In this document: positions 48,769 to 60,841 of the stretch, piece by piece
Position numbering within the stretch: the stretch's first letter is position 1
Layout: each line of letters begins with the position of its first letter
Origin: Actinomycetota bacterium
GTDB lineage: Bacteria > Actinomycetota > UBA4738 > JBJMLN01
Direction of reading: 5' to 3'
Assembly: GCA_045805285.1 (NCBI GenBank)
Contig: JBJMLN010000009.1
Location: 4,317-68,316, forward strand
Length of the DNA stretch: 64,000 nt
Program-made: the position numbers and the translations under genes
The notes under the pieces: model-generated
Seen by the model: only the letters and a program-made list of their open reading frames with translations
The model's database searches: none
Told to the model about the DNA's origin: nothing

Positions 48769-49014
48769 GTGCGTCGATGCTCGAAGACACGGTGTGAGCG
48801 GTCGCCTGCCGCGACGGCGTCGCTCCTCTACGGAGCGCGAGAGGTCTGCCTCGTCGACCTGATCCGCGAGCCCGATCCACGGTTCGTCGACCTCTGCGAC
48901 GAGCACATCACACGTCTCGTCCCTCCGATCGGCTGGGTCGTTCGCGACGACCGTTCGGACGGTCCGGCCGACGGATCGGACGCACCTCGGGGGATGCAAC
49001 CCATCCACCGGTAG
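48769..49014 (+). CDS. DUF3499-like protein
   Basis: RRCSKTRC...DLCDEH..RL.PP.GW; usual position before manB. Confidence 0.78.
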   Translation: MRRCSKTRCERSPAATASLLYGAREVCLVDLIREPDPRFVDLCDEHITRLVPPIGWVVRDDRSDGPADGSDAPRGMQPIHR

Positions 49015-49101
49015 GCCGATGGCTCCCTCGGTCGAGAGGGTCTGCCAAATGGGAACGGCGAGCTATGGCCGGGAGTGTCGCGGCAGAGGACCATGGTCGC
49101 T

Positions 49102-49293
49102 ATGAGCGACATGCCAGAGGGAACCTGTCCCGCCTGCGGAACCGGTGAGCTCATCTCGATCACGATGGCCGTGAACGGCAGCGATCTCGCGTTCACGACG
49201 TGCCACTTGTGCGAAGCGAAGTGGTGGTACCGCGACGGTGAGGCCGTCCCCCTCCAGAGCGTCATCGGCCTCGTCGTCCGTCCGACCGCCTGA
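49102..49293 (+). CDS. Small zinc-ribbon protein
   Basis: CPAC...CHLCE.KWW. Start uncertain (49093, 49102 or 49111). Confidence 0.7.
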   Translation: MSDMPEGTCPACGTGELISITMAVNGSDLAFTTCHLCEAKWWYRDGEAVPLQSVIGLVVRPTA

Positions 49294-49374
49294 CCGAGCC
49301 CCCCGCCGCTCCGGCTCGGCCGGCCGTGCGTTTCCGATCGGTGACGTCCGCGCGTCTGTAGGATTCGCTTCCTC

Positions 49375-50757
49375 GTGAGTGCGGAGCGCGATCTCGACCG
49401 GATCTTCAAGGCGTACGACGTCCGTGGCGTCGTGCCCGACGACCTCGACGAGGACGTCGCCTATCGGATCGGCGGCGCGTTCGCCGAGTGGGTCGGCGCA
49501 CCCCGCATCGCGGTCGGCTACGACTGCCGGCTGTCCTCCGAGGCGCTCGCGGAGGCGGTCCGGAGCGGCGCCGCGGACCGGGGGACCGACGTCCTCGATA
49601 TCGGGCTCGCTTCGACCGATCTCCTCTACTTCGTCTCAGGGGCGCTCGAGGTCCCAGGCGTGATGCTCACCGCGAGCCACAACCCGCCGCAATGGAACGG
49701 CCTGAAGTTCTGCCGCGCCGGAGCGGCGCCGGTCGGGGAGGAGACGGGTTTGCGGGACATCCGCGCGCTCGCCGAGCAGGCGCCCCCGAAGCCCGCAGCG
49801 GGAAGAGGCACGATCGACCGCGAGCGGATGCTCGATGCCTACGTCGAGCACGTCCTTTCCTTCGTCGACGTCTCCACGATGCGGCCGCTCACGGTCGTCG
49901 CCGACACGGCGAACGGCATGGGGGGCCTCGTCGTACCGGCGGTATTCGAGCGCCTGCCGTTCGAGCTCGTCCACTTGTTTCCGGATCTCGACGGCACCTT
50001 CCCGAATCACCCCGCGGATCCGATCAACCCGGAGAACCAACGCGACCTCAAACGCGTCGTGAAGGAGCGCTCTGCCGACGTCGGACTCGCGTTCGACGGC
50101 GACGCCGACCGCGTATTCCTCATCGACGAGCAGGCGAACGACGTCAGCGGCTCCCTCGTGACCGCGCTCGTCGCGGAGGCGATGCTTGAGCGGAACCCGG
50201 GCGCCTCCATCGTCTACAACCTGATCTGTTCCTGGACGGTGCCGGAGGTGATCCGCGAGCACGGCGGAAAGCCCGTCCGCACACGGGTCGGTCACTCGTT
50301 CATCAAGAAGGTCATGGCCGACACCGGCGCCGTGTTCGGCGGAGAGCACTCCGGCCACTATTACTTCCGAGAGAACTACCGAGCCGATTCGGGCCTCATC
50401 GCCGCGGTCGTGGTGCTCGAGCGGCTCGCGTCGCAGGAGCGACCACTCTCGGAGCTCCTCGCGCCATACCGCCGCTACGTCGACTCCGGCGAGATCAACA
50501 CCGAGGTGGAGGACCAAACGGCCGCGACCGAACGCGTCGCGGAAGCCTTTGCCGACGGCCGGCAGGACCGCACCGACGGGCTCACGGTAGAGTTCGACGA
50601 CTGGTGGTTCAACCTGCGACCGTCGAACACCGAGCCGTTGCTGCGACTGAACGTCGAGGCGAAGGATGAGACGCAGCTCGTAGAGGGCACGCGGCGTGTC
50701 CTCGAACTGATCGGCGGTGACGCGGGGCCGATCGAAGAACCCGAAGGAGAGCGGTGA
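49375..50757 (+). CDS. manB: Phosphomannomutase/phosphoglucomutase
   Basis: FKAYDVRG, TASHNP, FDGDADR, GEHSGH, RPSNTEP. Confidence 0.93.
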   Translation: MSAERDLDRIFKAYDVRGVVPDDLDEDVAYRIGGAFAEWVGAPRIAVGYDCRLSSEALAEAVRSGAADRGTDVLDIGLASTDLLYFVSGALEVPGVMLTASHNPPQWNGLKFCRAGAAPVGEETGLRDIRALAEQAPPKPAAGRGTIDRERMLDAYVEHVLSFVDVSTMRPLTVVADTANGMGGLVVPAVFERLPFELVHLFPDLDGTFPNHPADPINPENQRDLKRVVKERSADVGLAFDGDADRVFLIDEQANDVSGSLVTALVAEAMLERNPGASIVYNLICSWTVPEVIREHGGKPVRTRVGHSFIKKVMADTGAVFGGEHSGHYYFRENYRADSGLIAAVVVLERLASQERPLSELLAPYRRYVDSGEINTEVEDQTAATERVAEAFADGRQDRTDGLTVEFDDWWFNLRPSNTEPLLRLNVEAKDETQLVEGTRRVLELIGGDAGPIEEPEGER

Positions 50758-50924
50758 TGGCGGTCGAGAAGGACCTGCTCGAGATCCTGGCGTGTCCGAA
50801 CTGCCGCGGAGACGTCGAGTACCGCGAGGCGGAGTCGGTGATCGTGTGCACCAAGTGCGGGTACCGGTATCCGGTGCGCGACGACATCCCGGTGATGTTG
50901 ATCGACGAGGCGGAGAAGCCCTAG
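50757..50924 (+). CDS. Trm112-like protein
   Basis: Hand translation MAVEKDLLEILACPNCRG...CTKCGYRYPVRDDIPVMLIDEA (55 aa, below the ORF-track cutoff). Confidence 0.88.
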   Translation: MAVEKDLLEILACPNCRGDVEYREAESVIVCTKCGYRYPVRDDIPVMLIDEAEKP

Positions 50925-50954
50925 CCGTTTGACCGGCGCCGGCGGAACGCTCTC

Positions 50955-52013
50955 GTGAACCTCGACGACGCGGCGTCCCTGCGCGAGGGGGACCCCTCGG
51001 GGATGCTCGGCGCGATCGAGCGTCTCCCCGGCGACTGTCGCGAGGGCTACGAGCTCGGCCGCGCGACGAAGGAGCTTCCCTCCGGCGAGGGGATCTCCTC
51101 GCTGACGTTCTGTGGGATGGGGAGCTCCGCGCACTCCGGCGATCTCGTTCGTGCGCTGTTCCGCGACCGCATCAGGATCCCGGTGGACGTCGTGCGCTCG
51201 CCCGAGCTTCCGGAATACTGCGGCCCGCACACGCTCGTCGTCGCGTCCTCCTACTCCGGCGACACTGCGGAGACGCTTGCGTGCTTCGACGAGGCCGTCG
51301 CCCGCGGCTGTCGCGTGCTCTCGATCGCGTCGGGTGGCGCACTCCGCGAACGGAGCCGCGAGCGGAATCTCCCGATCGTGGAGATCCCCTCCGGTCTGTT
51401 GATGCCTCGCGTGTCGTTGGGCTACTTCGCTCTCGGCGTCCTCGGGGCGCTCGAGCACGTCGGGATCCTGCCGCCGCTCCACGCCGACGTCGAGGAGACG
51501 CTCGAGGTCCTCGTCGAGGTCGTGGAGCGGATCCGCGCAGGGACGCCTTCACAGGACAATCCCGCGAAGCGGCTCGCAGCCTCGATCGGAGATCGCATGC
51601 CCGTGATGTGGGGTGCGGAGGGCCTGGGCTCGGTCGCCGCCGCTCGGTGGCGCACCCAGTTCAACGAGAACGCCAAGGTTCCGTCGTTCTCCTCCGCGCT
51701 TCCGGAGCTCGACCACAACGAGGTGGTCGGATGGGCGCCCGGGTCCGGCGCCGCGTTCGCCCTCGTCGCGCTCCGCCACGACGGGGAGCACCCCGACGTC
51801 GCGCTCCGGTTCGCCGCTTCGATCGAGATCGCGGAGTCGGCCGGCGCCCATGCGGAGGAGGTGGCGGCTGCGGGCCGTTCGCCGCTCGCGCAGCTGATGT
51901 CGCTGCTCGCGATGGGCGACTTCACCAGCGTGTACTCGGGGCTGCTGCGCGGCGTCGATCCGACGCCGATTGAGGCGATCGTCCGGCTGAAGGCCGCGCT
52001 CGACGGCGGCTGA
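50955..52013 (+). CDS. Bifunctional phosphoglucose/phosphomannose isomerase (SIS type)
   Basis: GMGSSA, SSYSGDTAET, MPR, RWRTQFNENAK, PELDHNE, GVDPTP...I..LK. Confidence 0.9.
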   Translation: MNLDDAASLREGDPSGMLGAIERLPGDCREGYELGRATKELPSGEGISSLTFCGMGSSAHSGDLVRALFRDRIRIPVDVVRSPELPEYCGPHTLVVASSYSGDTAETLACFDEAVARGCRVLSIASGGALRERSRERNLPIVEIPSGLLMPRVSLGYFALGVLGALEHVGILPPLHADVEETLEVLVEVVERIRAGTPSQDNPAKRLAASIGDRMPVMWGAEGLGSVAAARWRTQFNENAKVPSFSSALPELDHNEVVGWAPGSGAAFALVALRHDGEHPDVALRFAASIEIAESAGAHAEEVAAAGRSPLAQLMSLLAMGDFTSVYSGLLRGVDPTPIEAIVRLKAALDGG

Positions 52014-52014
52014 C

Positions 52015-52845
52015 GTGCCGCCCCCGGTTCCTCCCGGCGACGCGTGGCGTTCCGCGACCGACGCGGCCCGTGAGCGTCTCCAGGAGCGCCCGGTCGCGGC
52101 GCTCGTCCTCGGGTCCGGCCTCGACGGCGCGACCGACGCGATCGACATCGAGATGGAGATCCCCTACGCGGAGCTTCCCGGGTTCCCCGAGCCGACCGTT
52201 CCCGGACACGCGGGCCGACTCGCGTTCGGACGGGCGGATGGCATCCCTGTACTCGTCTTCCGCGGCCGTATCCATCTCTACGAGGGACACGGCGCCGCGG
52301 CGTCGGCGCTTCCGTCGGTCCTCGCGTGGGCGCTGGGAGCGCGCGCGATCGTACTGACAGCCGCGGTGGGCTCGCTCGTCGCGGAGATCCCGCCCGGCTC
52401 CGTCGCCGTCTGTGCCGACCACATCAATCTGCTCCGCGAGGACGTGCTGCGCGGTTGGACGCGCAAGGACGGCTCGCCCGCGTTCGTCGATCTCTCCGCC
52501 GTGTACGACGCGGAGCTCGCGGACGCCGCCGTCGCGGGAGCGGGCCTCGAGCGTGCCGTGTACGCTGCCGTGCCCGGACCGTCGTTCGAGACCCGGGCCG
52601 AAGCGGAGTACCTCCGGCGGATCGGAGCGGCGGTCGTGGGGATGTCGTTGGTGCCGGAGGCCGTGCCGGCGCGAGCCCTTGACCTGCGCGTTCTCGGCCT
52701 CCTCTCCGTGGCGAACGCGGTTGGGGTAGAAGTGAGCCACGACGCCGTCCTCAAGGCCGGCCGGAGAGGCGCTGACGCCATCGGTTCGGTGCTCGCGGCG
52801 GTGCTGCCGCGGCTCGCCGAGGGGGAACCGGCTTCGGAAGCCTGA
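52015..52845 (+). CDS. Purine-nucleoside phosphorylase (trimeric type), divergent
   Basis: [38 protein letters not shown]. Confidence 0.85.
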   Translation: MPPPVPPGDAWRSATDAARERLQERPVAALVLGSGLDGATDAIDIEMEIPYAELPGFPEPTVPGHAGRLAFGRADGIPVLVFRGRIHLYEGHGAAASALPSVLAWALGARAIVLTAAVGSLVAEIPPGSVAVCADHINLLREDVLRGWTRKDGSPAFVDLSAVYDAELADAAVAGAGLERAVYAAVPGPSFETRAEAEYLRRIGAAVVGMSLVPEAVPARALDLRVLGLLSVANAVGVEVSHDAVLKAGRRGADAIGSVLAAVLPRLAEGEPASEA

Positions 52846-52868
52846 AGAGCGACGACGTAAGGAGCGAG

Positions 52869-54125
52869 ATGGACTGCGACGTACGGGATCTGGGGCTCGC
52901 CCCGAAGGGCCGCGAGCGCATCGCGTGGGCGGGCGCGGAGATGCGCGTGCTGCAGCTGATCCGCGAGCGCTTCGAGAAGGAACGCCCGCTCGAGGGCATC
53001 CGGATCGGCGCGTGTCTGCACGTGACGACCGAGACGGCGAACCTCGTCCAGACGCTCGTGGCGGGCGGCGCGGAGGTGATCCTGTGCGCGTCCAACCCGC
53101 TCTCCACGCAGGATGACGTCGCGGCGGCGCTCTGCGAACAGGACGACGTCGAGGTTTACGCGATCAAGGGCGAGGACAACGAGACGTACTACCGCCACAT
53201 CGACTCGGTCCTCGACCGGCACCCACAGGTCACGATGGACGACGGCGCCGACGTCGTCGGACGGCTCCACAAGGACCGAGCCGGCCAGATCTCCGAGGTG
53301 ATGGGCGGCACGGAGGAGACCACGACGGGCGTCATCCGTCTCCGCTCGATGGCGGAGGCCGGGGTGCTGAAGTACCCGATCGTGTCGGTCAACGACGCGG
53401 ACACCAAGCACCTGTTCGACAACCGTTTCGGAACCGGACAGTCGACGATGGACGCGATCATGCGCTCGACCAACTTCCTGATCGCCGGGCGCACGGTCGT
53501 CGTCTGCGGCTACGGCATGTGCGGCCGCGGCGTCGCGTCTCGCGCCCGCGGACTCGGCGCGCGCGTGGTCGTCGTGGAGGTCTCGGCGCTCCCAGCCCTG
53601 GAAGCGGTGATGGAGGGCTACACCGTCATGCCGCTCCTCGAGGCAGCGCGGATCGGCGACATCTTCGTCACCGTCACCGGTGACACCTCGATCCTGCGCC
53701 GTGAGCACATGGAGGTCATGAAGGACGGCGCAGTTCTCTCGAACTCCGGCCACTTCGACGTGGAGATCGACAAGGCGGCGCTCGAGGATCTCTCCGTGGA
53801 GCGCCGGCGGCTCCGTGACTTCGTCGACGAGTACACGATGCCGGACGGACGCAAGCTCTACCTCCTCGCGGAGGGCCGCCTCGTGAACCTCTCCGCGGCG
53901 GAGGGCCACCCCGCCGCCGTGATGGACATGTCGTTCGCGAACCAGGCGCTCTCCGCCGAGTGGGTCGTGAAGAACGCGGACGGATTGAAGCCGGCGGTCT
54001 ATCCGGTGCCCGCCGATATCGATTCTGAGGTCGCCCGTCTGAAGCTTCGCGCGATGGGCATCGAGATCGACGAGCTGACGAACGAGCAGGAGACGTACCT
54101 CAAGTCCTGGGAGATGGGAACGTAG
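52869..54125 (+). CDS. ahcY: S-adenosylhomocysteine hydrolase (short, 418 aa)
   Basis: [57 protein letters not shown]. Confidence 0.96.
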   Translation: MDCDVRDLGLAPKGRERIAWAGAEMRVLQLIRERFEKERPLEGIRIGACLHVTTETANLVQTLVAGGAEVILCASNPLSTQDDVAAALCEQDDVEVYAIKGEDNETYYRHIDSVLDRHPQVTMDDGADVVGRLHKDRAGQISEVMGGTEETTTGVIRLRSMAEAGVLKYPIVSVNDADTKHLFDNRFGTGQSTMDAIMRSTNFLIAGRTVVVCGYGMCGRGVASRARGLGARVVVVEVSALPALEAVMEGYTVMPLLEAARIGDIFVTVTGDTSILRREHMEVMKDGAVLSNSGHFDVEIDKAALEDLSVERRRLRDFVDEYTMPDGRKLYLLAEGRLVNLSAAEGHPAAVMDMSFANQALSAEWVVKNADGLKPAVYPVPADIDSEVARLKLRAMGIEIDELTNEQETYLKSWEMGT

Positions 54126-54178
54126 ACCCGGCCGACCTCCTCTCGCTCCGCGTCCACTTCGAGCGGTTCCCGGCGACG

Positions 54179-54784
54179 GTGAAGGGAGCGTTCGTCCTCC
54201 GCGGCGCCGACCCGAACCCGCATCAGGTGGTCGTCAAGAAAGCGCGCGTGCGCTCCGTCGGCGACGACGAGCAGCGTGATCTCCCGCTCGCGAGCGCGAC
54301 GCTCGACGTCGCTCCGCGCCGCGACGTGTTCGTGCCGTTCGAGCTCTCGGTCACGGAGCTTCCTCCGGGCTGGTACGGACTGGAGTGCGACCTGGACGTC
54401 GACGGGATGCCCTCCACGATGGCGGGCGAGCGCCGGTTCTTCGTCCCGTGGCCGCGCGCGAGCGTGCGGAAGGGAGAGGTCCGCATCGACGCGAACGTCG
54501 CGCTCGCCGACGGCGCCAAGGTCGCGATCGAGCGTGCGGAGTGCGCGCTCGATTCGGTGAAGATCTCCTACGCGGTCGAGCCTCCGGTCGACGTTCGCAT
54601 CCGGCTCTCCGCGGACGGCGAACCGCTCCACGAGCTCGAGCGCGAGTTCGAAGCCGAGACCGGCAAGGGCCGGATCACCGCGACGCCCATCCTCAGGTCC
54701 CAGACGATGCTGCGCGTCGACGTCGGGCCGGAGACGGAACGCGGCCGGTCGAAGGAGACGACGGTGGACGTTCCGCTCCCGTAA
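54179..54784 (+). CDS. Hypothetical beta-rich protein (5' end uncertain)
   Basis: GC3-biased ORF filling the ahcY-comF gap; the frame stays open upstream of the first canonical start. Confidence 0.65.
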   Translation: MKGAFVLRGADPNPHQVVVKKARVRSVGDDEQRDLPLASATLDVAPRRDVFVPFELSVTELPPGWYGLECDLDVDGMPSTMAGERRFFVPWPRASVRKGEVRIDANVALADGAKVAIERAECALDSVKISYAVEPPVDVRIRLSADGEPLHELEREFEAETGKGRITATPILRSQTMLRVDVGPETERGRSKETTVDVPLP

Positions 54785-54815
54785 CGATGTCGTACGCGCG
54801 CGCTAGCGTTCGTGC

Positions 54816-55550
54816 GTGCTCGGGTCCGTCCTCGATCTGTTCTTTCCGCCGCGCTGCGCGGGGTGTGGACGGGGCGCATGGCCGTTCTGCGAGTCGTGCG
54901 TTCCGCGGATCGCCGCGATCGACGATCCGATGTGCCGGCGGTGCGGTCGCCCGACGGACGTCGCGATGTCGTACTGCATGGACTGCCCTCCTCCGCCGAT
55001 CGCCGTGGCGCGCGCGCCGTTCCTGTTCGCCGGGCCGGTGCGTTCCGCGATCCATCGGCTGAAGTTCGCCGGTTGGAGGGGCGTCGCCGACGCGCTCGGC
55101 GACGCGATGGCCGCGGTCAACGTGTTCTCGCCGGATGCGGTCACGTGGGTGCCGCTCTCCAGGCTCCGGCTCGCGGAGCGCGGCTACGATCAGGCGCGAG
55201 CGCTCGCCCTCGTCGTCGGCGTCCATCTCGACGCGCCCGTCCAGCCGTTCCTCCGGCGCAAGGACTCCGACGGTTCGCAAGCCCGGCGGAGCGGCGTCGA
55301 CCGACGGACGGCGATGCTCGACGCGTTCGGGTCGGCCGGACGCTCGCCGCCGGAGCGGGTGCTCCTCGTCGACGACGTGCTCACCACGGGCTCGACGGCG
55401 GCCGCGTGCGCGCGGATCCTGCGTGACGACGGCGCGAGGGAGGTCGGGTTGCTGACGGCCGGTCGGGCGATATCCGGCGAGATACCCGCTCGATATACTC
55501 GGCCCGGCTCTCGTCTGGGTCTGTGGTTGCCCGGGGATCGTCCCCGGTAG
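54816..55550 (+). CDS. comF: ComF family protein (double zinc ribbon + PRTase)
   Basis: PPRCAGC, CESC, CRRC, CMDC; RGYDQ; LLVDDVLTTGST. Confidence 0.9.
   Translation: MLGSVLDLFFPPRCAGCGRGAWPFCESCVPRIAAIDDPMCRRCGRPTDVAMSYCMDCPPPPIAVARAPFLFAGPVRSAIHRLKFAGWRGVADALGDAMAAVNVFSPDAVTWVPLSRLRLAERGYDQARALALVVGVHLDAPVQPFLRRKDSDGSQARRSGVDRRTAMLDAFGSAGRSPPERVLLVDDVLTTGSTAAACARILRDDGAREVGLLTAGRAISGEIPARYTRPGSRLGLWLPGDRPR
55494..55499 (+). promoter_or_regulatory. -10 element for the raiA-motif RNA
   Basis: TATACT, with 6 nt between it and the first base of the RNA's closing stem. Confidence 0.6.
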
Positions 55551-55742
55551 TCGATGCCAGTCGCAGGCGAAACGACCCACGTAAGGCGACCCTTGGTCGC
55601 TGAGCATGGTGCGGTTTAGACGTAAGACCTGCCTCGCGGGGGCACGCCTCCGCGGGAGAAGGAGCTAAGCGGTCCGTCTCGGGCGGTGAACCCCTCAGCA
55701 GGCGAGTGTGGGGCCAAAGACCAGGTCAGCCGGACGAGAGCC
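55506..55742 (+). ncRNA. raiA-motif RNA
   Basis: Conserved blocks GUGGUUG, AGUCGAUGCCAGUCGCAGGCGAAACGACCCACGUAAG, UGAGCAUGGUGCGG.UUAGA.GUAAG.CCUGCC and CAGCAGGCGAGUGUGGGG.CAAAGACCAGGUCA. 13-bp closing stem 55506-55518/55730-55742. Typical comF-raiA gene context. Confidence 0.93.
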
Positions 55743-55806
55743 TTTCCGCTCCGGCGGCGGATAGGGAGCGCACGGCGGGGGCGTCGACGAGGCCCGAGGG
55801 GGCGGC

Positions 55807-56142
55807 GTGGATCTGATCGTGAAGTCCCGCGGCGTTGTCGTCGAGGACCGGTTGCACGATCTCGCGCTCCACAAGCTGGAGAAGCTCGCACGGCTCGAGC
55901 GACGGATCCAACGCGTCGAGATCGAGGTGATCGCCGAGCGCCATCGCCCGGAGGGTCACCGACGATTGGAGGCTGCGCTCAGCATTCCCCGGAAGACGTT
56001 CCGCGCCCACGCGGAGGGACCCGACGTGGAGCACGCGCTCGATCGGATCGTGCAACGCCTCGAACGCCAGCTGCGCGACCACCACGGCAAGCGCGCGAAA
56101 CACAAGGGCGCGACGGGCAATCGACTAGAATCCGCTGGATAG
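55807..56142 (+). CDS. hpf: Ribosome hibernation factor HPF/RaiA (short form)
   Basis: MDLIVKSR.V...KLEKL.R...EIEV...EAAL...ALD....LERQLR; S30AE N-terminal domain only. Confidence 0.85.
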   Translation: MDLIVKSRGVVVEDRLHDLALHKLEKLARLERRIQRVEIEVIAERHRPEGHRRLEAALSIPRKTFRAHAEGPDVEHALDRIVQRLERQLRDHHGKRAKHKGATGNRLESAG

Positions 56143-56177
56143 CGGACCGGGCCCCGGTGCGTTCTCCCTCGAGGAGC

Positions 56178-56882
56178 GTGAAGGCGTTGGCGGACAGCAA
56201 GAAGCAAGGCCCGGCCGAGCAGGACAAGCTCCGCGTCATGGTGGTCGACGACCACGCGTTGTTCCGACGCGGCCTCCAGATGGTCCTCGACCAGGAGGGC
56301 GACCTGGAGCTCGTCGGCGAGGCGGCCGACGGCGCGGAGGCGATCGAGCGGGCGCAGGAGCTGATGCCCGACGTCGTCCTGATGGACGTGCGGATGCCTC
56401 GGCGCTCCGGGATCGAGGCCGCGCGCGAGCTCAAGGACACGCTTCCGCACGCGAAGATCCTGATGCTCACGATCTCCGACGACGAGGCCGACCTCTACGA
56501 CGCGATCAAGGCCGGTGCCTCCGGCTACCTGCTCAAGGAGATCCCGATCGAGGAGGTCGCCGACGCGATCCGCTCCGTGTGGGCGGGGCAGTCGCGCATC
56601 TCGCCCTCCATGGCGTCGAAGCTCCTGTCGGAGTTCGCGACGATGAGCAAACGTGCAGACGAGCCACGGTCGGTGCCGGCACCGAAGCTCACGGAGCGCG
56701 AGCTCGAGGTCCTCCAGCTGGTCGCCCAGGGGATGAACAACCGCGATATCGCGAAGCAGCTCTTCATCTCGGAGAACACCGTCAAGAACCACATCCGCAA
56801 CATCCTGGAGAAGCTCCACCTCCACTCGCGGATGGAGGCCGTCGCGTACGGCATCCGCGAGGGGGTCATCGAGATCAAGTAG
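56178..56882 (+). CDS. NarL/LuxR-family response regulator
   Basis: VVDDH, LMDVRMP, GYLLKE, LTERE..VL...TVKNH. GAGGAG RBS before GTG 56178. Confidence 0.92.
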   Translation: MKALADSKKQGPAEQDKLRVMVVDDHALFRRGLQMVLDQEGDLELVGEAADGAEAIERAQELMPDVVLMDVRMPRRSGIEAARELKDTLPHAKILMLTISDDEADLYDAIKAGASGYLLKEIPIEEVADAIRSVWAGQSRISPSMASKLLSEFATMSKRADEPRSVPAPKLTERELEVLQLVAQGMNNRDIAKQLFISENTVKNHIRNILEKLHLHSRMEAVAYGIREGVIEIK

Positions 56883-57039
56883 CGCCCCGGGCCGGCCGGC
56901 CGGGAACATCCTCGACCGCCTGAGCGTTCCAGCTGCAGACGTCCCGTCGAGCTGCCGAGGGTTGCCGCAGGGGCTTCGGTAGAATCGGCTGGAAAGGCCG
57001 GAACGACGCTCGGAAATCCCCCACAGGAGACCTGACCTC

Positions 57040-59703
<2,664 letters not shown>

Positions 59704-59730
59704 GCTCCGCGAACCGCTAGCATCCCGGTC

Positions 59731-60841
59731 GTGAGCGAGTACACCGAGCGTCTCAAGCAGCTCTCCTCCCGCGTGTCGGCCGCGAAGGAGTTCCTTTGAC
59801 GTCGAGGCCAAGCGCTCGCGCGCGATCGAGCTGGGGGAGCAAGCGTCGGACCCGTCTCTCTGGGAGGACCAGGCCCGCGCCCAGAAGGTGACGACGAGCC
59901 TCGCGCGCCTGCGCGATGAGCTCGACCGAGTGGATTCCTTCGACCGGCGTCTCTCCGATGCCGCCGCCATCGACGATCTCCTTTCCGACGGCTCGGACGC
60001 GGAGCTGGCGGCGGAGCTCGAGACGACGACGAGGCAGCTCGAGGGGGAGCTCGACAAGCTCGAGGCGGCGGCGCTCCTCGGCGGGGAGTACGACGACCAC
60101 GACGCGGTGGTCACGCTCCACGCCGGCGCGGGTGGCACGGAGTCGCAGGACTGGGCGGAGATGCTCCTGCGCATGTACCTGCGCTGGACGGAGCGCGAGC
60201 ACATGGAGGTCGAGCTCGACGAGGTGCTCCCCGGCGAGGAGGCCGGCATCAAGAGCGCGACGTTCATCGTCCACGGCCGGAACGCCTACGGGCTGCTCTC
60301 CGCCGAGCGAGGCGTGCACCGGCTGGTGCGGATCTCTCCGTTCGATGCCGCGAAACGGCGGCACACGTCGTTCGCGAGCCTCGATCTGATCCCGCTCCTG
60401 GAGGAGGAAGACGACGACGTCGACATCGATCCCAAGGAGCTCCGGATCGACACGTACCGCTCCTCGAGCGCCGGTGGACAGCACGTGAACGTCACGGACT
60501 CGGCGGTCCGGATCACGCACCTACCGACCGGCATCGCGGCGGCGTGCCAGAACGAGCGCTCCCAGATGCAGAACCGCGCGGTCGCGATGCGGATCCTGAA
60601 GGCCCGGCTCGCGGAGCGCGCTCGCCAGGAGCACCAGGAGAAGCTGGAGAGCCTCCGCGGCGAGCACCAGAACATCGACTTCGGCTCGCAGATCCGCTCC
60701 TACGTCCTGCATCCGTACCGGATGGTGAAGGACCATCGCACCGGCCTGGAGACGGGCGACGTCGATCGCGTCCTCGACGGCGACCTCGACCGGTTCATGG
60801 CGGCGTACCTCCGCTGGCGTGCAGGCGGTCAAGCGGCGTAG
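59731..60841 (+). CDS. prfB: Peptide chain release factor 2, with +1 programmed frameshift
   Basis: GTG 59731 gives 22 codons ending CTT TGA (59794-59799); the +1 frame continues DVEAKR... to GGTESQDW, SPF and GGQ. Confidence 0.93.
59785..59800 (+). promoter_or_regulatory. RF2 frameshift cassette
   Basis: AAGGAG-ttc-CTTTGAC: internal SD, 3-nt spacer and slippery CUU-UGA-C. Confidence 0.9.

Noticed and set aside
52790-52868. SAH riboswitch upstream of ahcY
   Set aside because: The intergenic gap is only 23 nt and the GAGGAGCGCUGC...CAGGCUC core is not present.
55616-56177. ORF 55616-55891 (-) and the N-terminal extension of ORF 55686-56882
   Set aside because: They overlap the raiA RNA and hpf; the response regulator has a good RBS and start at 56178.
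59888-60841. prfB as an N-truncated gene or pseudogene
   Set aside because: The break is a textbook programmed frameshift cassette.
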